Shown: piece by piece, positions 36,515-47,120 of the stretch
How positions within the stretch are numbered: the stretch's first letter is position 1
Layout: the number at the start of each line of letters is the position of its first letter
NCBI GenBank assembly: GCA_012026655.1
Contig: JAAILG010000762.1
Location: forward strand, 1-64,000
Direction: 5' to 3'
Length of the DNA stretch: 64,000 nucleotides
From: Hydrolagus affinis
Lineage: Eukaryota
Notes under the pieces: model-generated
Told to the model about the DNA's origin: nothing
Seen by the model: the letters and a program-made list of their open reading frames with translations, nothing else
Databases searched by the model: none
Made by a program: the position numbers and the translations under genes

Positions 36515-36885
36515 AATAACAATAATAATAATCCTTGTATTTGATATAGCAGCTTATCACATATTTGAGACCTCTCAAAGTGCCACAGAATATACTGTAA
36601 AGTGAATTGTCTACATATTTTGTGGGTGAAATGCGGCAGCCAATTGTGCACTCAGATAGTCACAAATTTAGTTACCAAATTATTATACTTAAAAATTATT
36701 AAGGAATTATTACTCCAGGAAATTCAACTCCCCCAATTGACTAACAACCAGGTTCCCATTTACTGCTAGATAAATAGAGGCGTTTGGAGTAAGGAAATTT
36801 GCAAAACATTTCGCCCTGCTGGGAATCAAACCCAGGTCTCTTGCTTGCGAGGTGAGTGCTCTAACCACTTAGCTACAGGACTCCA
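36515..36885 (-). mobile_element. Full-length tRNA-SINE, long CORE form
   Basis: Minus strand: tRNA head, then gcaaatttccttactccaaacgcctctatttatctagcagtaaatgggaacctggttgttagtcaattgg, then the shared tail. Confidence 0.9.
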
Positions 36886-37149
36886 AGGCTGAGAGCAGCA
36901 CATAGTTATGGAAATTTCCACTTGTCCAAAATGTTATATGCCACTCTCACCCCAGAGGGACACACACTACTCACTTCACTCTGAAAGGTGCTAGGCATAC
37001 AATGACAAGAGCCAAGGCTTGGGGAATCTCACGGTATGCTTTAAGGTGCGCTTTATTTTATCCAGTTAAAATGGCAAATAATGATGGCCACGTTTCCCAC
37101 AGATTCTCTAGCTCGGACCACTCCACCCATTAGAGTATCTATGTATACC

Positions 37150-37700
37150 GAGAATCATAGATTGTTTATAGCACAACAGATAGCCATTTGTCCCATTATG
37201 TCTGATGGTGCTTGGTTCACCACTGAAGCATTTTATTTGGAACCAATTTTTCTGCTCTTATACCCCCATCTTATTTACATCATTTAATTCTGTTTTATAG
37301 ACAGTTATTTTTTTCCACAGGTTACCATTTACTTTTGAAAATCCTTAACATCTCTGAAGTCAATCTATATTTGTGTCACATTGAACTGGTGTATAGCAAC
37401 TGAATGATCAAATAGATCCATAGGAACAGGAGTAGGTATTCAGACCCTCTAGACCTTCTGTTAGATAATGGCAGATCTGTACCTCAATTCTAAATAAGTT
37501 GACTATACTGCACACATCTGAACAGCAGTCATTGAGCATTCCACTGTTTAACACCTTTATTTTAAGCATGGAGTGATCAACACAGAAGCAGGCCATTCAG
37601 CCCAACTTTATACTCCCTGTGAGCCTCCACCCCTCCTAATCCCCTCTCTTGTGTCCCCCTGTTCCCTTCTTCTTAGTTATCAAGATTTCCCTTAAATATA
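37150..37700 (-). mobile_element. Three CR1 3'-end fragments (about 37150-37265, 37415-37500, 37575-37700)
   Basis: Antisense CR1 termini: catagattgtttatagcacaacagatagccattt, cataggaacaggagtagg, aacacagaagcaggccattcagccca. Confidence 0.7.
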
Positions 37701-37757
37701 TTGATGCTTTTTTTTGTAATGAAACCAAGGTTAGGAAGTCTCAGACAAGCTCAGTAG

Positions 37758-37867
37758 AACAGTTCTGATGAAAAATCGTGGACCCAAAATGTTGAACCAC
37801 TTTTCCTTTCTCTATAAATGCAGCCTGACCTGCTGAATGTTCCCAGTGATTTCTGTTTTTGTTTCAA
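37758..37867 (+). mobile_element. Penelope-like element LTR remnant with decayed hammerhead core
   Basis: tctgatgaaaaatcgtggacccaaaatgtt...tctctataaatgcagcctgacctgctgaatgttcccagtgatttctgtttttgtttca resembles the common chondrichthyan PLE repeat CTGATGAAGGGTC..GACCCGAAACG (recalled). Confidence 0.65.
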
Positions 37868-40288
37868 TAGAACATTCCCTTGCACAGGAGTTTTACTTCG
37901 ACTGGCTAAAACGTTTAAAGAAAAGTCTACAATTATTTGCTAGTTATTCATCGTTGTGCACTTTACATTGTAATGATTGACATTGGGACCCAGGGTGGCA
38001 GTTTTCTTAGTTTAATATGTAGATTATTGAGCAATAATTTATCATTTCTAAACTAGGCTGTTACATTATCTTTCAGAAGATTTTACATGACAGTAGAGTT
38101 CACTCACATGCCACAAGTCTGATTAGGCTAGGTCATTGCCTTGGAATCCAAAAAAACAAAGTTAATGAAGTGAGAGCACTACAAACCTCTCACATTTTCC
38201 TTCTTTCAGTCAAATTCTGTCTCGCAGTTGAACTATGCATTGTAAATCGGCTTGTATAAGTGGTGTGGGCCTGTACGTGAGAGGCTGCAGGGCTTCTGAC
38301 CAATGTCTAACATATCATCATATCATTGCTGTGGTTCGCCACAGTCCCAGACAGAGTGCAGTCTGGGCATCCTTCATATCTGCCAAAGGATTCCGAAATG
38401 CAAACACCACCATTAGATCTAAAATGTCGTTATTATAGTAGACACTTTCCTGGCCATTTTGAACTTCAATGTGGTGCAGATTTAGTAGGCTTATCACACT
38501 GCAGTGAGATTTATTAGCTGAGTGTAGGATAGTGGCTGTATATTAAATCACAATAAAGGTCATTGAGAAACCACTTGGTGCTGTGAGGGCGTAATTCACC
38601 AGAGATGAAGAACAGTTAATGGGCCTCTATTCAGCACTGAGCTTGATGATACTGTTTGTTGCTGCACTCAAGTTTTATAATAATCTCATGGGTTTATTTT
38701 TAAATTTAAATACGCCAGATCCGCTCCACGTGACTTCATTTCAAAAAGGAGTATCAAAACCACATTTTAAAAGGAACATCATAAGATCTGCCAATTTGTG
38801 GTGTAAATTCCTGCTTGTCAGTCAACCTACTTTTTATATCACTCACTGTATACAATAAAATACAAGTTACATTTATATAGTTCCTTACATGTTCGGTGGA
38901 TGTGTCAAAGCGCTTCATACATCTGACTGGCAAGCAATCAATCAATATTTAATGCTGTTGACATATAAGGTAAAAATGATTGTTATTATGATATATTATC
39001 TGAATTACTAAGCCTGATGGTTTTGTTAAAAGGAGCTCCATCCTATCTCAATATTGAATTCACAAAGTCCTCTACTCTGTCTTATGGATTGCTGGAATGG
39101 AGAGCAACCCAGTTTGTAAGTTCTTGCTGAAAGCATAGTCTGAGCTTTGCTCCCCAGGTAATATTCCATTCAAGTGCTCTGAGACGTGGAGGGTGCAACA
39201 TAAATGCAAGTTGTTGTTGTTGATTCACTTATGGCTTACATAACTTTGGTTGTAGAACATTGCAGTGCGCAATTTGGTTGCCATGTTCACATGCAAATAC
39301 CCAGGCATTTATTTTCACAACTATTGCATGCTATATAGGCAACTATATCAAATTCAAAGATTAGTTTATTTTTATTTGGGGGGTTTATATACTGCACTGT
39401 ATTAGTCATACACAATCCACTCCCATAAATACAACTCTCCAAGAGAAGAGGATGGAAGTGTAATGCTTAATGTTAACCTATAATGAATATCTCACACCAA
39501 AAGTTTTGCAAGATGTTGCAACTTGAGAAACTCAGAAATATGTGTCAACAACAACAACTTGTAGTACAGGGTAGTGTCCTGGAATGCTTAAAAATGCTGT
39601 TATGCAAATGAAGAAAACGAAGACATGGCAGAGAGAGACACTCTGCCATTTGTTGTGTCACCAACAACTATCCATGAAATATTACATTTCTGTGCACAAT
39701 TGGTTGCCGCGTTTCGCCCACAGAATATACAGTCAATTCACTTTCTGTGAAGCGCTTTGAGATGTTCTGAAGACATGGTAAGGCGTGGTATCAAATGCAA
39801 GGAGTATTATTATTATTACATCACAGAAGACCTTTTTTGTTCATTGTGCCTTTGGTGCTTCTATGAAAGAACAATCTATTCAGTCTCATTCTTCATTCTT
39901 CTACACATTAAACCTTTATAGATATCTATCTAGTTCCCTTTTAAAAGTTATTATGGATTGTCCTTGACACACAGTGTTATGATTAGAAACAGGAATTCAG
40001 TTTGGGAGGAATTCATGAATGCAGGTCTGTATCCCACTATTCCTTGGGAAGTGTGTGTGAGCTCAAATCAAATCCTACTTGGACTGTGATCCTTCGCAAA
40101 ATCATATCCACTAACATTAGCCTAGAGATTGGCTTTGTAATCTGGCATTTGGGTATTTTCCAATATTTTTTGATGGATTTCCTAATTAGTAGATCCAGAG
40201 ATCTGTTGCACCAAATCAATCTGCTACTTGAGTCATTTCCCTCCAAGTTGGGCTAAATGGCCTGTTTCCATGCCATATATCCTTAACT

Positions 40289-40556
40289 ATCCTCCTTGGT
40301 TCCCATCAATGTCTTCTCACCTGTGGCTCTGACTTCCTTTACCTCCCCCAGTTTATCTGTCAGAAACACTCAATCTGTACACAACTTGGATATCAGGTTC
40401 AATCCTCAGCTGTCCTCACGACTCCAGATCCAGGCCCCGACCTAGACTGCTTTCCTCTACATCACCCATCTCCAACCATACCTCACACCTAACATAGCTG
40501 GCTAGAAGATGCTGCCAGCATGAAGAACACTATAAAATGCAATTTGTTGTTGTTGT
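40289..40556 (+). mobile_element. Internally deleted L2 fragment
   Basis: atcctccttggttcc...acaacttggatatcaggttcaatcctcagctgtcc (ILLG...NLGVRFNPQLS-like) and a (TTG)n tail. Confidence 0.7.
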
Positions 40557-40628
40557 ATAATTTAATGACTTGACCGAATCAGCAATTGCTGACTAAAGGC
40601 AGCACATGTTTTCACAAAGCCCTTTAAC

Positions 40629-41233
40629 GTGGAGTTCTGTAGCTCAGTGGTTAGAGCACTCACCCAGCTAGCGAGAGACCTGGGCTCAATTCCAGGCAGG
40701 GCAAAACTTTGGCCAAGTTTCCTTACTCGACACAAATCAGTGGTTCCCAACCTCGGGTCCCAATCCAAATCAGGGTTGCGGGGGTCCTCAGTAGGGTTGC
40801 ACAGGGTCATCAGAATTTTTTTGTTATTACTTTTTTTAATGCTGAAAATGCTTTTGTAATGCTAAAAAGTGCCCGAGGCGACACCGTCGACCAATTTGTA
40901 TGAAAGACAGCATTAGCGAGTTGCACTGAATCCACAAATGAGACGGAGATATCGTCTTGGCTGAGCTTCACTTCAGTCGCGCAGGGTCGGGAGGTCCTGT
41001 GGTCCTGTTGGTGGCTAATTTAGGGTTGCAGCAAAAAAAGGTTGGGAACCACTGCTCTAAATACTAATAATAATTTGGTCACTCAATCCATGACTGTTTG
41101 TGAGACACTGCTGTGTGCATTTGGCTGCACGCTTCACCCACAAATACAGTCAATTCACTTTATAGTATATTCAATGAATTAGTTTGAGACGTCTAGAAGA
41201 CATGAAAAGCACTATATCAAATGCAAGGATTAT
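40629..41233 (+). mobile_element. Full-length tRNA-SINE split by a MITE
   Basis: Head at 40629-40737; body and tail resume at about 41063 (actaataataatttggtcactcaatccatgactgtttg). Confidence 0.9.
40738..41054. mobile_element. hAT/Charlie-like non-autonomous DNA transposon (MITE, 317 bp)
   Basis: Perfect 16-bp TIRs cagtggttcccaacct / aggttgggaaccactg; subterminal GGGTYGC repeats; right flank ctctaaat fits the Charlie-type 8-bp target, left flank acacaaat is degenerate. Confidence 0.9.
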
Positions 41234-41749
41234 AATGCAACAGTTTTGTCAAAAATGTAATGTATGATTGATCCAACGGAATCTCAGTGTTAAGAAAATG
41301 ATACGTTCCAGTAAACCAAAGTAGATGAATCAAGAGAATAGTTGACACGGGATATAAGTTTATGTTTGCACTCTGTGCTGGAAAGAGTGCTGCATTGGCG
41401 GACACTAGAGGTTATACTGAACAGGAAATTACGCATTTTATAGGAAGCCTGAAGACGTGAAAAATAACCAGAAAAGTGGATAAAAAATGTTTATTAATTA
41501 TAAAAATAAAGTTGAATGTAAAGCTCACACTTAACATAACATCCTTTGTGTGATGAGAAATTCTAAGACACATTTCTGTTGACAAATCTATGAGAATATT
41601 GTATGATAGGAAAATATCATTACATATGTACATTGCAGACTGCGGTAAATGTTCATAACATGTGCTCATCGTCGAGGTTTGCCAATCTGCTGTCCAATTT
41701 GCTTTTCACATCCCACAATATGAAGAGATTATATCAACATCAATTCTGT

Positions 41750-41980
41750 ACTGTTGTCTCCTCCACACACCTCTACTTTGTAGCCGATTGGCGGATTATT
41801 AGCCAATTGATAGATTGCTAATAGTCCCACAAGGTAATACTGTAATCCCTTAAAAATAGTAATGATGTTGTCACTCAATCCATGACTGTTTGTGGGACAC
41901 TGCTGTAGCAATTGTCTGCCCACAAAATATACAGCCAATTCACTTTAGAGTATAATCTGTGAACCACTTTGAGACGTCTC
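41750..41980 (+). mobile_element. Partial long-form SINE
   Basis: ctccacacacctct...ttagccaattgatagattgc...cactcaatccatgactgtttgtgggacactgctg. Confidence 0.7.
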
Positions 41981-43577
41981 AACTACATAATCAGGTCGCC
42001 AGATAAAATGGAAGAATTATTATTATATGTACTTAGACTGCTCATGGACAATCTGTATATATATAAACATTTAAACTCTATGAAGACAAACATTTCAGAA
42101 CATTTGTTATCTTTGCTATATTGTATTTTGTAATTAAAATAGCTGTATTTATACTCCATGAAATGGATGAGGTAGAACTTGCCATGCAAGAAGGATAAAG
42201 AGACATCGAGATACTAGTTGACACATAATGCACCATGCCGAGAGACAGTGTGAGGCAAAAATAAAGCAAACAGAATGTTGGGCTAAATTCCCAAATCAGT
42301 CAAGTTTAGTTCCCAGATGTCACATTCAACTTGTATCGTGGTCTGGTAAAGTGGGATCTACTAGATTTAGGTTTAAGACTGATTGCCATGGAACAAAGGG
42401 GCTATCCAGGCCCTTGAAGAAGTACAGAGGAGAAAATCTAAGCTGTTTCCCAGGGTTAGAAGGACAAATTGTGCCTTGTAAAGATGCATCTCAGAGAGGA
42501 CTAAAGAGAGACCAAAGGGAGACTTTAAGTGCAAAACTGTAGTGATTTGTCAACACTTGAGTTGATTGAGTGACCCTATGATAATTAGCACACAGGCTGA
42601 ATTTTGGATATGACAAAGGCAGACTCCTCCAAAACCCTTCTAATGTCCACAGCAATGTGCTAGAAGCAGAAGAAACATCAGCAATTTGGAAGATTTGGGG
42701 ATCCATTAGAAAAACTTGAAGTCTGTTGCACCTCCACCTCTCTTATATAAAATATTTTATAGCTGCAAAAAAGGTAAAGCCTCTCCAGTCTGGGAACAGT
42801 TTAGATCTCAGTTGCATCACAAAAGGTTTTTTATCCAAATTTTAAAGTGCTAATATTTTATCAGTTAGTTACCCCCAAAAGGCATAATTACAGATTGATG
42901 AGATAACAGGCCTCTTTCATCCTCCTGACATGAAAGGCGCTATACAAGTGTAATTTGCTGTTTTTGTGCTGCATGATTTTGAACTTGAAACACTTTGAGA
43001 TCTGGGATAGAGCCACAATAGGAAGTAAGATGTGAACTGTATCTTAACTCTTTCAACATTTTGGGGGGGTTTGTGAATATCATGGTCAGATATTATTTGT
43101 GGCTTCTCAGTTACATTTACAAGTTGCAAAAGATTGAGTTAGGTTAGTATCCTCTGAATAAGCACAGAAACACTATTTCTGATTCAAAAACGATCCTGTG
43201 TGTGCAGAATCCAGCAATTCACAAAGCTTTCAGCTAGGTTGCGCATAACTATTATTCAGTAGTTTGGAAGTTTGGATGGAAGGGTGTCAGGGTGTGACTG
43301 TATTCCAAGACAACAACAACAACAGAATTATATTTGTATAGCGCCTTTCACATCACATCAAAGGACGTGCCAAGGGACTGGACACACTTCAACAGCATGC
43401 CTTCAATACAGTTGTATTGCAGCACTCAAGAAATGGCATGTGTTTCGGAATACTACAATGTTTGACCTCAATAATGTTACAAATGTAATTTTGTTGTTGT
43501 TAGAAGCAAATAGTTTTAATTTTGTCAACAGAAAAGTACCTTTTGTAGCAAATAAATCCAATGTTGATTTAGGGTTA

Positions 43578-43775
43578 ATCGACCCTCAAGACCCATCTCA
43601 AGACCCTCCTCTTTGACCGTGCTAGTGATCACCCTCCTTCCTTTTCGCCCCAACCCGCTTTCTACCCTCCCTGATCCCAATCCCCAGCTCGGGTCCAAAA
43701 TATTGATTGTCCAGTGTCTGGGGACACCCTCCCGACGCGAAAGGCAGCATACAAATGTTATTTTGTTGTTGTTTG
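43578..43775 (+). mobile_element. L2 3' end
   Basis: ctcaagaccctcctctttgaccg, C-rich 3' UTR, then cagcatacaaatgttattttgttgttg. Confidence 0.8.
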
Positions 43776-44691
43776 TTTATGTGAGTGACCCAAACATCTC
43801 GTCTGATAATATAGTTTGTATACTTTCTTACCTTGGGACTAGATCAGGCTCTACTCTGATGCTACTGTGGTCAAATAACCTAGCAGTACACACAGTCAAG
43901 GCTCATATACGAATAATGGGCTATGAGTTCTACAGGGCACCTGTATAAAATTGCACCCCAGCAGAATGCGAAACACAACAGCCATAGTAACAACTTTCAT
44001 TTCAAAAAGGCCATTCACATGGTGTAGTGTCTTGGAGTACAAAGGAGAGAAGACAATTGACAAAATAAATATTTACTCAGATTGATGTTCCAAATTCTGC
44101 TTCCAATCAATACCTTCCTCTCCTCCCCTGTAATTGAATCATCTCCCAAACACATTCTATAAACCAAAGAATTCTACATACATTTTGTGATTATTGTGCT
44201 TGCAAATGTATAATCCTTCCATCTATTGCTGATCTCTGATGTTTCAATAAGGACTACAACACCTCTGTTTCGTTTTCTAACCCTGTACAAATATTATATT
44301 CTGGCAGGGTGAGATCAAATGAATTCTTCTTTGTTTGCAACTGTTATAATCTTGTGAATGCTGACAAACTATTTATAAATGAACCACAATGTTACTATGA
44401 GAATCCAGTATTCTCAACTTAAGTTTTATGGCTGTAAAGAGATTCAATTATATTTTTGTTAATGTTTATTGAAAGTCAGGGTAAGAGCAGGACTGAAGCT
44501 TTACAGGACATGATCATTTCTGTGCTGCTAGGACTATTGTAAATGTCAGAAATGTCAGAAATGTTGTCAGTAGATGGAACAAGGTTGAATAGTGCACACA
44601 AAAAAAACATGATCCTTGCACTCGATATAGCGCCATCCATAGCGAGGGGAGCCTCAAGAATCGCAACACAGGATTTGCTGTAATTTGTTGT

Positions 44692-44959
44692 GACCCCCCC
44701 ACACTCTGGAACTCCATCCCACAGTCCCTTCACCTCACTCCCTCCCTCGCCTCCTTCAAGGCCGGTCTCAAGACCCTCCTTTTCAATCGTGCCTTCTGCT
44801 GCCCTCCCAATTCTCTCTCTCCCCTCCTAACTCTCTCCCACCCCACCCCCTACCCTGCCCCTCTCCTTTGCTCGGGTCCCAACCTGTCTGTTCAGCACCT
44901 TGGGACGTCCCCCCAATGTGAAAGGTGCTCTATAAATATAAGTTTGTTGTTGTTGTTGT
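44692..44959 (+). mobile_element. L2 3' end
   Basis: cccacactctggaactccatccc (PTLWNSIP), ctcaagaccctccttttc (LKTLLF), C-rich UTR and (TTG)n tail. Confidence 0.85.
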
Positions 44960-45089
44960 GACTGTGTTATTTGTTGACCCACCTACCTAGCAACCAATTT
45001 GTGGACAGAGGACAAATAGTCATCAAGTGAATTACTATTTTTATCTCGTTGAATCACTCCCCATGACACTTCTCTTTCCAATCAGTGCA

Positions 45090-45270
45090 TCAGGATCTTG
45101 GACATCCACCTGAACAGCCAGCCTCAGTTTAACATCTCATCTGAAGAATGGCACCTCCAACAATGCAGCACACCCCAGCACTGCAATAACGTGTCGGCCT
45201 AGACGATGTACTCAAAGTCCCAACTTGGGGATTGAATCCTTGGAGGTGAGAGTGCCACTAACTGACACCT
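45090..45270 (-). mobile_element. DeuSINE 5' part
   Basis: gacatccacctgaacag...cctcagtttaacatctcatctgaagaatggcacctccaacaatgcagcac...gtgtcggcctagac. Confidence 0.8.
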
Positions 45271-46404
45271 AATTGTAGTGTATTGATTTCCTAATGTTGC
45301 ACTGCATTATCTTTGGTGGGGGGGGGGGGAGGGGAAATCAGGAAGGAATTTCACTGAGCTTTATCATCTGAAAAATATAACTTGTGGTTATTCATATCCT
45401 TTAGAAGATTAAAAACCCTCTCTCTATTAAGGAAGTGATGTAATTTGCCTGTCAGTAGTAGAGACTTGCAAGCAGGTAGATTGACATACTGCCTGATTCA
45501 TCTATTCTTGCTCAGGCACAGACCTGGGCTTTAACAAAGGAATATGAGCACAGTACAACATACACTCTCTATAACAATAATAATCCTTACATTTGATATA
45601 GCACCTTTCATGTCAGGAAAATGCTCCTGAAGTAGTGGACGAATATGGCAGCCATTTGACAACACTGCCACCCTTCCTTAATTCTTTTGTGGGGCCACTG
45701 GAAATGTGCATGTCAGCTCCTGTCTGAAACTGTCTTCTGTAGATAGTTATTCAAACAGCTGAACATTACATTCACACTGGTAGCTAATCTGAAACCAGTA
45801 CAGTACAACACTTTTCTATCAATTTGATGAGGTTTACACAAACAGTGAAGAAGTATAAATGGGCAGGAATAAATAGGGTAGAGTCCATGATATGGAAAAT
45901 AACAGTCTGTTAAAAGACAAGGATCCATCAGGCTGAGTAAACTTCTCTGCTCTATATGTTTTCTATTATTATTCTTGTCCAGACAGAATCCCACTTTTTT
46001 TATTGCCATTTGTGCTTTCAGGGGGCAGTTTTTAATATTTTTATTGAATTAAAGTGGCTTTATAGGCAAATCGAATACAAGGTTCTGTGACCGATACTGG
46101 CTAGTTGCTGCAAATCTCATCACTTCCTTAGTAGAGATTCTACACTGCTCACTTCAGCCCAGACACAATGTGTTGGAGCAGAAGCCTCTATATTTTGCTG
46201 ACTGTGTTTTCTTTTTCTTTTTTCACATTCCGTTCTTTGCCTTCACTTGCAGCAAGGTGTCAAGGAAACAAGGAAGCAAAATAATAGATTGTTCACATAT
46301 TCCACCTGTCTCAGCAAATCCATAGCTTGTGAGACCTCTACATGTTTAGAAACATAGTGTGCATCATGATTTCCAGCCTGGATAAACAGCTAATTTTACC
46401 TCCT

Positions 46405-46547
46405 TATCAGGAAACTTTGTGGAGGACAAGATTGCAGGGCTATGGAAAGAAAGTGGGCTGGTGTGATTGATTTGGATTTTGCTCTTTTCAGAGTTGGCGC
46501 AGACACGATGGGCCGAACGACCTCCCTCTGTGCTGTATGATTCTATG
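46405..46547 (+). mobile_element. CR1 3' end
   Basis: gcagggctatggaaagaaagtgg...gcgcagacacgatgggccgaacgacctccctctgtgctgtatgattctatg. Confidence 0.85.
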
Positions 46548-46875
46548 AAACACCTTGGAAATAATTAATGTATACATTTGCACAGAAATCACTTGGGAGC
46601 TAAATTATTATCTAAGATCCTGCCCTTCCAAATTTCTTGTGCTTCATTAGGGACAAATGAAGCACAATGAAGATAAGTTCTTCAACAGTCCATAAGGATA
46701 AGCACTTCTCATATGAAGAAATTAACTCAGCATTGGGGAAATGTACTGACCTTTGAGATTACGTGCTTGAAGGCCCATTAATGTCATTACACTTATTGGT
46801 AAGAAATAAAAAATCATAGAAATTAAGCGGGGTTTTCTTGGAGCTGAATAATTACCAAGGCAACATGTTTGGAAT

Positions 46876-47120
46876 GTTAGAATCCAGCTCCTGTGGCAGT
46901 CCTTGCAGTCTGTTTCCTGAGCCAGGCAGGTCCACAGTATTGCAAAGTACTCCTGATGACATCAGACAGCCTGGCTCACCGGGAGGCCTTGGAAGGGCAG
47001 AACAGTCACTGATTCAGGGGTTCTTGCCACTCAGCTCCCGTTTACCTGGCAAGCCAAAGCTCTAATGGGTGGGGTGGGCCTAGCTAGACAAGCAGTGGCA
47101 GAGCTTGACAGGCAGTGCTC
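46876..47120 (+). repeat. Unclassified interspersed repeat, longest copy
   Basis: 47021-47120 is homologous to 4226-4325 (reverse) and partly to about 37100-37136; the GC-rich upstream part probably belongs to the same element. Confidence 0.65.

Noticed and set aside
44891-44911. REST/RE1-like ttcagcaccttgggacgtcc (also a half site near 9550)
   Set aside because: Wrong spacing and right half (GGACGT instead of GGACAG); part of an L2 tail.
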